This document shows positions 38,953-51,600 of a stretch of 64,000 nucleotides of DNA, piece after piece. Below the pieces are notes generated by a model that had not been told where the DNA came from, did no database searches, and saw nothing but the letters and a program-made list of their open reading frames with translations. Origin of the DNA: Lama glama (lineage: Eukaryota); assembly GCA_028534125.1 (NCBI GenBank), contig CM052816.1, positions 1,054,001-1,118,000 on the forward strand. Direction: 5' to 3'. Positions within the stretch are counted from its first letter, which is position 1. Each line of letters opens with the position of its first letter. Both the position numbers and the translations under genes were made by a program.

Positions 38953-39453
38953 CGAATCAGACAGCATTCCACTTAGCAAACAGTTGGGTGCTCCACGGGT
39001 TGCACAAAAATGAAAGGTCTTTATAGGAAACAGTGTGAGGCATGTGAGCTATTGGCAAAATATAAGAAAGGATTCTTTTTAGGCCACGACATCTTTGCGG
39101 GAGAAGGGGGAAGTAACAGTAAGGGTTTTAGGAGCTGATTGCCTCTTCTTCCTCTGAGAGGCAGGATTTCGGATGGACGTTGATGGGAAGAGTCCATGTG
39201 ACAGATTAACACTTTGATACTGACCTGGAAATTCCAAATTAGTTGATTTGGTTGGATTACATTTTTTTTGTACTGACGTGGAAATTACGAATTGGTTGAT
39301 TGGATTACATTTCTTTGGTGTTGATCAGGAAATTCCAAACTGGTTAATTACACTTCTGGGCATTACATTTTCAAGTTGCGATTACATTAGCTATTAAATC
39401 TAGGCTTTAGCAAAAATAACTGCATTTTGGGCCTTTGGCTTTTCTCTTTAACA
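38953..39453 (-). mobile_element. ERV1-class solo LTR (MER34/MER39-like), 3'-truncated, with internal tandem repeats
   Basis: Minus strand starts TGTTAAAGAG, has TATAAA at 39025-39020 followed by an R-like ...GCTAAGTGGAATGCTGTCTGATTC, and three ~50-bp repeats at 39218-39355. Family assignment from recall. Confidence 0.55.
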
Positions 39454-40096
39454 ACACTTACAGCTTCCAAGCGGGGATTCTTCATCTCCTGAGGTCATTG
39501 TGTGCAAGATTTATGTCCCTAGGATAAGACTTCCCCCTAGAACAGGAAGCATTGTATCTCCCAAGGTCACGCAGTAACTGTAAAATGCTACAACCTCTTT
39601 GAGTAACCACTGTTTTCTTACTAATGATGTCTCAAAACCACTTTGTTATATCCCAGTCTATCACCAGGGATAACTCGCTAAATCACCCTCAATTGATAAG
39701 TGCACCTAGATCCTAAATCAATCCCAGTTTATCAAACAGCAATCCATCCAGAACTGATCCGTGCTTCCATAGACCCTCCTCAGAATCCTCCAAGGGAAAT
39801 TTGAACTTTACAAAAGATTCTTTCCTCCTGTCCAGCACATTCTATAATTCCTCTGGGAGATGTGCTCCCTGGCTTCTGCCTGGTGGTTTTAACTAAACAG
39901 GCCTTAACACTTACAAGCAACTTTCAGGAATTGTTCTAAGGAGATGAAAATAAAGTATGAGTGGTTCATAGACTACTCATTTTCATACTGTTTTCTGACG
40001 TTTATTCCTTCAAATATTGCCCTGTAAAATCAAAATTAGTATTTACATTCCTGTGCTCTAGGCTCTGAAAATTCTTAATAGGAAAAAAATTGATTG

Positions 40097-40232
40097 AGGG
40101 AGGGTATAGCTCAGTGGTAGAGCACATTTTATAACATGCACGAGGTCCTGGGTTCGATCCCCAGTACTCCATTAAAAATAAATAAATAGAAATAAACCTA
40201 ATTGCCTCCCCCAAAAAACAAAGTAAAAAAAA
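40097..40232 (+). mobile_element. tRNA-derived SINE (Vic-1-like)
   Basis: GGGAGGGTATAGCTCAGTGGTAGAGC...GGTTCGATCCCCAGTAC head and AAACCTAATTGCCTCCCC tail. Confidence 0.9.
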
Positions 40233-40869
40233 TTTTAATTATGTTGAGATTTCTTATTGAGGCAAGGATGTTAGCTATTTTCACTTTGACATTTGAAAGG
40301 AATACATATTGTTTTGAAAAGTAAAAAGAAAATGTGACCAGAACAGATAGCGCGCGCACACACACACACACAAAACAGGGAAAACTCGGCTCCAAAATTA
40401 CTAGTTATTTTCCAGGATTTTATTTCATATTATACTTTAAAGGAAGGTTGAGATGTCATGAGTATTATTGTTTTCCCACAGTGGAAATAGTTTTATAGTA
40501 TTTTTTTCCTCTTAATGTAAAATATAATACCACTTTGAGGCGAGGTATCACAATTACTGAATAGGACCTTACTTTCTCCTAGCACCTGGTATTCCCTTCA
40601 TAGCGACTTTCAAGAATTATAATCTGTTTGAATAACTTAGTGTCTCTCTCACTCTGTATGATGTAAATTCGAGGACAGAAAGACACTTTCTATTTGCCAC
40701 GTCCCCAGGGTGTTACACTACCTGGCTACTAATTAATATTAATTTTAATTGCTTTTTTAACTTCACGCATTTCCCCATTCATTTCGTAGCGCTCTAGCTA
40801 GGCTTAAACTGTTATCTGTTTTCGGTACTAAATTTTTGTTTGTTTTGTTTAAGAAACAACAGTTGAAAC

Positions 40870-41107
40870 TTACAGACCGGAAAAGAAGATGCTCAAACCT
40901 AACCCACTCTGCGGACCCACGGTAGAGAAATAGGCGCAGCTCGAGATCTCGCGAGACTAGCGCCGTAACTAGCCAGAAACCCAAAGAGTTCTTAGTGCGC
41001 ATGTGCCGCAGTGGCTGCCGGGAAAAGGAGGAAAGTCGGGAAGTAAACAGTACTGATTGGATTCACTGGGTGTCTGGCTGTCTGGGGGTCAGCGGCGGCT
41101 GGACTTG
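40870..41107 (+). promoter_or_regulatory. SLU7: SLU7 promoter and non-coding exon 1 (donor TTG|GTAAGG at 41107/41108)
   Basis: BANP-type palindrome TCTCGCGAGA at 40947-40956, NRF1 motif TGCGCATGTGC at 40996-41006, ETS-like GGAAGT at ~41039; CpG-rich. Confidence 0.75.
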
Positions 41108-41365
41108 GTAAGGAAATATTGTGACAACTTGGGGAGGGGAGGACGGTGACAGTGGAGAACCCCAGGAAGTGGGCCAGCGGCTTCTAATTATTACAGATAA
41201 TCCTCACGGCGTTAATGAACGCCAGGCTGAGAAGGGAACGGGGAACGGGCACCGGGGACCGAGAAGGAAGACGCCGTCCTAGGCCTCAGACACGGTGCTT
41301 GTGTCCAGTCAGACCAGGACTGTGTCTTTGGTGGTTTTTAAAGTGAGAATTGTAAGATGCCGTTG

Positions 41366-41628
41366 GCGCTGACTGTCCGGTATAGTTAACTATTAGCTGC
41401 TTGTGGTTCTTAAGCACTGGAAATGTTGGCTAGTCTGAATACGTGTAAATTCCATATCGGATTTTAAAGACTTTATTTTTTTCTTGTGTTGAAATGATAA
41501 TATGTTGGCTATATTGGGTTAAATACTGCAAAAGTAATTTTTTCCTGTTTCTTTTTATTTTCTTCGTAAGAGTACAGAATATTTAAAATGACATAGGGCT
41601 GGCGTTATATTTTTCTTGGACAGTGCTT
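41366..41628. mobile_element. MER33/MER3-like hAT-Charlie MITE
   Basis: Ends CTGTCC... and ...GGACAGTGCT; internal TGAAATGATAATATGTTGGCTATATTGGGTTAAAT. Confidence 0.55.
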
Positions 41629-42270
41629 GCTGCATTGGAGGATTTTAAGCTTGGGTAGTGGAACATGTTTTCAGATTTGTGTTTTAACACTGCAGCATGG
41701 TTAACTGATTGGAGGGAATCAGAAGAGACTAGTAGGAAAAAAGTAATAGCATTAATGTTATTGAGAGTAGAAGTTTTGATATTCAGAAGGTGAAAATAAC
41801 AATACTTAGTGATGAAATAGATGTGCAAGTCAGCTGGACCACTTACATAAAGAGGTGGAAAGTAGTGTCTTTCATCAAGAGAGGGAACACTGGAAGATTT
41901 CATAGAGGAGATCATGAATTTGAATTAAGATCTGTTGAGTTCAGGTTTCTCTGAGACATTTAAGTAGAACAGAACAGAAAAATGTCCAGAGAACCTAGTA
42001 CATTGATAGCTCAGTGGTATCTTTGGACTGGTGGGGAATGGAAACTAAATCAGAGTGACTGAGGAAGGAGGTAAAGATGAGGAAATAGATATAATGAATA
42101 TAGATAATCCTAAAACATTCAGCCTTTAAGAGGAACAGAGATAAGACCCTATGTATTCATTAAGGGTGAGTGTGGTTTAAAAAAAAAGGTTTAGACACAC
42201 ATAGAAAGAGAGGAATTGGGAAATCTATATGAGAGGGAATCTTACGAAATTTTACATATGTGTATATGGA

Positions 42271-42440
42271 GTGGGAGGGTATAGCTCAGTGGTAGAGTGT
42301 GTGCTTAGCATGCACAAGGTCCTGGGTTCAATCCCCAGTACCTCCATTAAAATAAATAAGTAAATAAACAAACCAACTTACTTGCCCCCAAAAACAAACA
42401 AATGACAACAACAATAACAAAAAAACCTCCAATAAATTAA
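42271..42440 (+). mobile_element. tRNA-derived SINE (Vic-1-like)
   Basis: Canonical head and A-rich tail in SLU7 intron 1. Confidence 0.9.
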
Positions 42441-42686
42441 ATACATGTGTATGTCTCTCTCCATTTGTAAATTAGAGTTGAGAGAAAAACTTGAGCAGTT
42501 CAGAGACTTTTGTGGAGGGGTAAGAGACCTTTCCCTTGCAGATACTATGAAAGAATAAGAATGTATGAAACATTCTGTATAATGTGTTATTAGGGTGTAT
42601 TTTTGATAGTTTCCCTCGTGAATCTGTGAAGGCCTTGTTTATACTAACAGATATTTCTTCCTTTTCATAGAGGAGGCCACATAACC

Positions 42687-45600
42687 ATGTCGGCCGCAGC
42701 TGTGGATACAGTGAACGCTGCCCCCCTGTCGGGGTCCAAAGAAATGAGTTTGGAGGAACCAAAGAAGATGACGAGAGAGGACTGGAGAAAGAAGAAGGAG
42801 CTAGAAGAACAGCGAAAACTGGGTAATGCCCCTGCAGAAGTTGATGAAGAAGGAAAGTGAGTACTTTAATTTTTTGCAAGATCTGTTCATTCAGAATTCA
42901 AATTCATGTGTACTGAGTTTACCAATTTCTCATGCTTTGCTTTATGGTATGATTTTAAAGAAGCCATCTTTACCACACATCGTTTTTGTTTTTATGTATT
43001 TTATCAAACTCCTACCTATAAGCTTTCTTTCCTTCTTTTTGTTTTTGGAGGGGGGAGGTAATTAGGTTTGTTTGTTTATTTTAACAGAGGTACTGGGGAT
43101 TGAACCCAGAACCTTGTGCATGCTAAGCATAGTGCTCTGCCACTGAGCTATATGCTCCCCACTCCATGTATAAGCTTTAGAAATCAAATAATAATGAAGG
43201 ACTTGTAAGGAATAGCTATAGTCCTTTTTAGTTCTTCCCACTTCGTGTCCTCCTCTACACAGTGACTATAGTTGACCCTTGAACAACACAGGTTGAACTG
43301 TGTGGGTCCCCTTATACTCAGATTTTTTTTTTTTAAAGTACATGTAACACTCCGCAATCCACTGGTGGTTGAATCTGCAGATTCCAAACCACAGATCCGG
43401 AGGCCCAGCTGTGCAGCTTGAGCATCCATTAATCTCACCAACATAGACCCCTGCCCTCCTTCATCTCTCCTCCCCCTTCAGTTATGTCACTATTCTTAGT
43501 TCTTTTGTCAGAATTTTTTTCACTCTAATATAAATTACTTTATTTTTTTATTACACTGTAGAGACAGCAAGCATATTCTGTCTCCCCCCTCCTACTTTAG
43601 TATCTCTGTTCTTAGATTCTGTATAGACTACTTTTATAATTGTAGTATCAGTTGTTTTTCAACCTCATTCTGTGAAAAAAATTTATTTTATTACAGAGAC
43701 ATCAATCCTCATATTCCTCAGTATATTTCTTCAGTGCCATGGTATATTGATCCATCAAAAAGACCTACTTTAAAGCACCAGAGACCACAGCCTGAGAAGC
43801 AGAAGCAATACAGCACATCTGGGGAGTGGTACAAGCGGGGTGTCAGAGAGGTGTGTGGGCAGCCTGCCTGTGCGTGTGGTGATGGGGATTTTACTTTAAG
43901 AACTTAATAGGCGCCCCTTTGATGTGGTGCTATGTAAAGTAGAGATAGATTGCATGACCTTTTATCTGGTATTAAAATTCACAGCATGTACAACTTTAGC
44001 TTCTGTCTTTTCTTTTATACATTTTATATCGCTAAAGTCCTTAAACTTTCTCATTTATAAAAGTGTAGAGAGTCTAACTGATTTTCCTCTTAATGAATCA
44101 CTTCACTAAACAATACAGTAATGAGAGCCATAGTTATTTCTAATTTATTCAGATAAATAAAACATTTGCTTTGCTTTCTTTCTATCCGTTTATAGAATTC
44201 CATAACTACTAAGTACCGTAAAGGAGCATGTGAAAACTGTGGAGCCATGACACACAAGAAGAAAGAATGCTTTGAGGTAAGTCCAGCGTTGAGAATTTTG
44301 GAAGCTGTTGTCAGAGAGTCTCTTTCTTTATTCCAGTCAGAGAGCTTAATTCTGTTTTGATAAAATTACCTAAATTTAGGTACAAGTAAAATAAAAATTA
44401 ATGGGAGTGTAATTAGTTCAGCATTATGAACATTTTTTGCTGGAAGAATAACTGATAATTGAATAAACCATTCAGACCCATGGTCTGTTCACACCTGCTC
44501 TGTAAAGAGGACATGAAATTCTCCTCTAGGCTACAGGTACTTAGGAAGATTTTTAATCTTATTTTGTTTTCCAGAGGCCTCGGCGAGTTGGAGCAAAATT
44601 TACAGGTACTAATATAGCTCCAGACGAACATGTGCAGCCTCAGCTGATGTTTGACTATGATGGCAAGAGGGATCGGTGGAACGGCTACAATCCAGAAGAA
44701 CACATGAAAATTGTAGAAGAATATGCCAAAGTTGATCTGGTGAGCACCATTCGCTGCTTTCCTGCCACCCTGAAAGAATGTACATTTTGTTGGATCTCTA
44801 ATTCAGCAGCGCTTCAAGCAGTATAAAAATGATGGCATTTTTATTATTGTCGTGGTAGTAAACCTGCTTGGATAGTCACATAAATAGTGTGCTAGCCCTG
44901 TCTGGCAATTCTTTTTATTTCTTTTATTTCATTTCTTTTTATTTCATTCTTACATTGTCCTTTACTCCCTGACTTAGGTTGCAGAAAATATTGGAAGCAT
45001 GAGAACAGATTAGTGTCCAAAACTTTCAGCTTTCTGGGGTTATAAACTCTTGGCCCCCAGACTGTGTCTTCCCTGTGGGTCTGTTTATAGCTGTCTCATA
45101 GCATTTCAGGGTGGTAGAAGGGAGCATAAGTTAACTTGTTTCAGAAGATGGAATTTTATTTTAATTTAACCTCAGTTTTTTCTGTTATGATTTCATCTAC
45201 TCACTCCTAGTTTTTAAAAACACTGCCTCTTTTTTTAAAGTAGAGTTAATATTTAAGACCATGGGATTTCACATAAAAATCTGAATTTTATGTTTATCAT
45301 CTATGGTAATCTGGGCCTGCCTGGAAGAGTCAGTAACTCCTGTTTTATAGGCGCCAGAGTTCTAGAGCTATAAGAAATTACTTTGTCCAGTGACCTTTTC
45401 TGAAAACAATAAACGTTCATTTTATGTATGTAAAAATTAAATGTTCCTTTGAATACTGTAAGTAAATTTCAAATGTTTCTTCTTTTTTTCTTAGGCAAAA
45501 CGAACATTGAAAGCCCAGAAACTCCAAGAAGAATTGGCCTCAGGAAAATTAGTAGAACAAGCTGTAAGTAATAAAATGATCATTTTTTTAAAAATTCAGA

Positions 45601-48600
45601 CTCTTAGTAAACAAAATTAAACAGTGAAACAAAAATTCATTTTATATATCTCCAGTTAGAAAAGATTTTAGAGAGATGGAAGTACTATTGAGGGGAAAGA
45701 GTAAAACTGACGCTCAATAGGGTTCATGGGACTATAAATTAATGCTATCATTTTGGAGAGAATATTGCCATAAAAACATTTATATACGTTTTCTGGAATT
45801 AAATTGGTGATCCATCCATCCTAAAAATTGTTTAGTAGTCAGAAAAATCATGCTGCACAAAGATGTTCATTGCTGCACTTTTTACAATAGCAAGAAATTG
45901 AAGGTTTAGTGGGGAATTGGTGAAGTGAGCGATCCTTCGTCTGCTTGATAAAATGTTGCATACCCCTTAAAATGGCTTTTATCAAGACTTAGTAACAACA
46001 CTGGACAACACCTATATTTTAATGACACATAATATCATAGTATGACCATACAGGGAAGAAAACCAAAATGTAGAATTAGTGATTTTTTTTCTTTTTATTT
46101 ATTTATTTATTTAGTATTTCCTACATTTTCCATAATGAACATGTAATAATTATATAGCTGGGCAAAAACATTTTTCAAACAAACAAAAAAAAAGATGTAT
46201 TGCAGACAGATTTCTTTTCTTTGTTTTTTTTTTTCAGTCAACTTACTAGCTAAAATATAATATATTATGCTTATTAGAGTTAAGACAGTTTCTTTTTAAC
46301 AAATTCATAGCATAAGTAAATAATAAACATTTTGGAGTTTAAATTTCTAAAGGGGGCTCTTAGCAAGTATAATTGCAAAGCAGGCAGAACTCGGTAAGTT
46401 AATCACCAAGTAAGCAGTGACAGGGGCTGCCTACCCAGCAGGTTCAAAGCACAAGTTAACAGATGATGTTAAAATCCAGCTGTGCCCCTGGCTAGCTAGA
46501 TGGTCCTGGAAAGATTACTTTGCCTCTCTGAGCCTCAGTTTATCATCTCTAAAGCAGAGAGAAGAACACCTACCACCCCCACCCCGAGGCTTAGCACATC
46601 ACAGAAGTGATCACTTGGTCATCGGTAGCTATTTTTTGTGATTGTTATTAAACATTACCAATTCTGGAAAAAGGAAAAGGGTCTGTTTCTCTTTTTTACC
46701 ATATTGTTTACTGTAAACATATTACAGTTTATTTCCCCAGTAGGTTTACTTAAATGTATGTAAAGGAGTGATGAATGTTGCCCATTTGGTTATTAGGATT
46801 AACTACATATGGTAGAGTCATGTCTACAATAGAGATTAGCTGTCTGTATAGCAGTATAAATGTCCTTTGTTGAACTAGCAATTTGTGAGAACTCCAAAAA
46901 TTATTTTTAAGAAGACATTTCTAATTTTGAAGGTAACACAGAAAAAAATAGAGAAAATTATAAAAAAGAAAAAGAACCCTTATGTTAACTGTTGGCCTTT
47001 TGAAGTAGGCCTTTTGGTGTCCCGGTCCACCCCCCATGTGTACTGTGTGTGTGCTTATAATACGTTTTTTAAATGGATTCATTTTTACATATTCATTTAT
47101 CACCTGCTCTTTCAATTAAACAATATGTAGTTCAATGAGGACTTGTTCTCTGTATCATTAAATGTAGATCTATAACATCATTCATTTTTATATAAATTCA
47201 CATAGTTCACCAATCAAAATAATTTAAGATAGATGTGCAGTGAAAAGTCTGCCACCCCGCCTCCATCCACTCTATTTCTAACCCTCACCCCCCATAACTG
47301 TTTTTTCTTGTAGATCCCTTCAGAGTTTGTGTAAATACAAACAAATACAAATATGTAATCTTATTCCCATCTTTCCCTCTTTTATTTTTTAACAAAAAAA
47401 AGAAGCAAAGTATACATATTTTTCTGCCCCTTGGAGAGAATCACTTTTATGGTTGGTCATTGTTTATTGAGTGTAGTAGTTTATATAACCAGTCGTCTCA
47501 TTGATTTGTTTTTTTCTCAGTTATCTGTATCATACAGTAGATTCTTGTACATATATCTTCATATAATAGACATATTATTGCTTTAGGATAAATTCCTGAA
47601 AGTATAATGATCCTCGTAACTTTCCTTTTTGGCCTTAATGGAAAGATAGTGAAGTTTAATGAAAACGTTGTATCTGAAGATGAACACACATGAAATGAAT
47701 ATTTAAGTATTGATCACCTTAATTACCTTCTTGTGATTATAATTCTATCATCAATGAAAATCCTTGATTTGTAGACACTCTAATAACCATTCACAATAAC
47801 AAGATTGTATTCAAAACTTACATGCTCACTACACATGAGAAATACAAGAATTTGTTCAGTTAAGTTTAACTTATTTCAACTCTGTTTTTAAAGTGTTAAA
47901 TAATCAGTAGCTTCAGTGGAATAAAATTACAGATGCTTTTCCTTCTTTCATGATGCAGAATTCTCCAAAACACCAGTGGGGAGAAGAGGAACCAAATTCT
48001 CAGACGGTAGTAAATCTATGCCCTTTAAATCATTAAATTTTAAAATTTCTGATGGCTAATATTAACAATAATATATAATTCATAATAATAATAGGTTTAA
48101 AGAACACAGTGAGGGGGAGGGTGTGGCTCAGTGGTAGAGCACGTGCTTGGCATGTACGAGGTCCTTGGTTCAATCCCCAGTACCTCCATTAAATAAATAA
48201 ACCTAATTACCACCTCCTCAGATGAACAAACCAAACAAACAAAGAACACAATGAGTAAGCATTTGGTTAAAGGGAAAACAAGAACTGGATGCTGCTCTTT
48301 TTTTCTTTAAACTTTTTACCCTCTCTTCCTCTTTTAGGAAAAAGATCATAATAGTGAAGATGAGGATGAAGATAAATATGCAGATGATATTGACATGCCT
48401 GGACAGAATTTTGACTCCAAGAGACGAATCACTGTCCGGAATCTCAGGATTCGAGAAGATATTGCAAAAGTAAGCCTTGCCAACTTAATGTGCGTTCCAG
48501 TCATTCCAACGTTAGGTATCATTCTGGGGCTTTCTCTCTTCATCTGTACCCCAGGCATGCTACACGTATTTAGCTGACTCCTTCTGCCAGTCAGGCTCCT

Positions 48601-51600
48601 GAAATCTTCTTTGATGGAAGTAAATATTAACTCAGTCTTAAAACATTTTTTTTCCTTCTAGTACTTGCGGAATTTAGATCCAAATTCTGCCTACTATGAT
48701 CCCAAAACTAGAGCGATGAGGGAGAATCCCTATGCCAATGCAGGAAAGAATCCAGATGAGTAAGTATCCAGCTGAATGTATAGATTTCAAGGTGAGGGAG
48801 GGGAGTTTTTACTCATCTAATGCGATCTGAATGAAAATGAGCATCGTCTGTGGTAGGGTTAGAAAAGACATAATCTCAAACAATTTTTTTTAAATTAATG
48901 TTTACAGAGTGAGCTACGCGGGGGATAACTTTGTCAGATACACAGGTGATACCATCTCAATGGCTCAGACGCAATGTGAGTGTCCCCTCTACGTCAAGGT
49001 GTCTTGTATCAGCTCATAAGAAACTTGGGGGGCAGTTTTTAAAGCCTGTTTTGAAGAATCGTGCAGTAAAGTAGCTGACGACTCATTACGATGTTTTTAA
49101 TTACTCCAGTGTTTGCCTGGGAAGCCTATGACAAGGGCTCTGAAGTGCATCTTCAGGCTGATCCGACAAAACTAGAGCTGCTGTATAAGTCCTTCAAGGT
49201 CAAGAAAGAAGACTTCAAAGAGCAGCAGAAAGAGAGCATCCTGGAAAAGGTAATTTTGGCCGAACTGCTAAGGAAGAAGTTTCCTTAAAGAGAAATTACC
49301 AGTTAATACACATTTGATTTACATTTGGAATACAGTACACGGTCCCTTGTAATCCACCAGGATTAGTCCTTTCCTTCCATTGACCTAATTGCTACACAGT
49401 ATCACTGTAGCTGTATCAGTGAGATTTTGCTGCAAACAAATCACTTCACAACTTCATAGTTTAAAATAAACATTTCTTATTTCCATTTTGTATGTCAGCT
49501 GGGTCTCCTGATCTGGGCCTGCCCATCTGAAGCTAAATGATCTAGAATGGCCTTGCTCTGGTTTCTAGACACCTCATCTGTCCTGAGAAGGCCTCACCAG
49601 GAACAGCTCGTCCCTGCCCCACACGGGCTCTCGTCCTGTGATAGGCTAGCCCAGCTTCTTTATGTGGCATTCTCAGGATGCCAGAGGCCAGCAACAAAAA
49701 GTGTGCCCCAGTGCACAACCGTTTTTCAGGTCTTTGCTTACATCATATTTGATAGTATTCCATGGTCCAGAACAAGTAGCAGGGCCAGGCCCAGATTCTG
49801 GGGCTGGAGCAGCTAAGTCATGTGACAAATAGGCGTGCACACAGGATAAGAAGAATTTTATAGCCATTTTGTAATCAACCACACTCAGCAGATGAACAGC
49901 AACTGAGATATCTTTTATTTGCTTAAGGAAATTTGGTGGCAGGTATTTTTCTTACTCTATTTTGTATAACAAAGCCCTGAAGAATATTCCTCTAATCTCT
50001 CCGATTGGAAATAAACCCTTCAGTAGAGATTTGAATGCTTATCTTTGAAAAGTGTATTGAATAATGCTCAGTGTTCTTTTAGTATGGTGGCCAAGAACAC
50101 TTGGATGCCCCTCCAGCCGAGTTGCTTTTAGCTCAGACTGAAGACTACGTGGAGTACTCAAGACACGGGACAGTCATCAAAGGACAGGAGCGGGCTGTTG
50201 CCTGCTCCAAGTATGAGGAGGATGTGAAGATCAACAATCATACGGTACGTGCTGAACCAGAACCGCCTTTGTTAGCATTTTGCTTTGAATTGTATGTTTC
50301 TATTTCAGCTTCATTACTAAATCATTATGTTTTGTTTTGTTTCGTTTTTTAGATTTTACCTGTTTTATGTTTTTTAATACTTTTTAAATGTTACACTCTA
50401 TTTACAGTAACTACAAAATATTGGCTACATTCCCTGTGTAGTATAATACATCCTTATGGCCTTTTACACCCAACAGTTAATACCTCCCAGTCCTCCACCC
50501 CTTTATTTCCCCTCCCCCACCCCCACTGATAACCACTAGTTTGTTCTCTATATCTATGTTTCTTTTTTGTTATATTCACTACTATGTTGTATTTTTTTTT
50601 AGATTCCACATACAAGTGATATCATATAGTATTTGTCTTTCTCTGTCTGACTTATTTCACTAAGCATAATGCCCTTTTAAGTCCATCCATGTTGCTGCAA
50701 ATGGCAGCGTCATTCTTTTTTATGGCTGAGTAGTATTCCATTGTATATAAATACCATATCTTTTTTATCCATTCATCTGTCGATAGACACTTAGGTTGCT
50801 TTCCATATCTTGGCAGTTGTTAAGTAATGCTGCTGTGAACATTGGTGCATATATTTTTTTCAAATTAGTGTTTTAGTTTTTTGGGGATATATATCCAGGA
50901 GTGGAATTTCTGGTTCATATGGTAGTTCTATTTTTAGCTTTTTGAGAAACCTTCGTATTGTTTTCCACAGTGGCTGCACCAGTTGCTGTTTTACGAAATT
51001 TTTCCAAAATGTGAAAGAATACTATTACATTTACCCATATACCCACCCATCTAGATTCAGATTTTTTTTTTTTTTTACAGATTGCCATATATGCTTTGTC
51101 TGGGCTGGGGAGGTGTGTAACCATATATATATTTTGACTGAAACATTTGGAAATTGCAGGTATCAGGACATTTCACCCATAAATACTATATTACGTTCCT
51201 AAAAAATAAGACGTTCTCCTACATAACTACATTACAATTATCACACTGCAGAAAATTGACATTAATGCGTTAGTATCACCTAATCTCTAGTCCTTAGTCA
51301 CATTTTCCAAAATATGCCCCAAAATGCCTTTAAATAGCTGTTTGGATTTTTTTGTTTGGGGAAGAGGGGGGCAGGTAGTTTTGTATGTGTGTGACAGAGA
51401 GAGACAACGAATCCAGTCACAGTTTATTTTGGTTGTTATCTCTCTTTTTTCTAGCATGTATCTCCCCTTTTTCATGACAGTGACTATTTAACAGATCATG
51501 CCAGTTACCTTGGAAACTGTCTCGTATTCTGTATTTGACCGGTTCCTAGTGATAGGGTGTAACTTATTCCTCTATTCCCTGTAAACAGGAATTCAGATCT

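Noticed and set aside
39218..39355. Three spaced ~50-bp repeats, superficially CRISPR-like
   Set aside because: Degenerate tandem units without unique spacers, inside an LTR-like element in a mammalian genome; no cas genes.
40097..40170. tRNA-like sequences with A and B boxes (also at 5440, 5618, 17540, 22440, 24635, 42272, 43090, 48115)
   Set aside because: Each is followed by a shared AT-rich tail, most have TSDs, and the copies are diverged; they are SINE heads, not tRNA genes.
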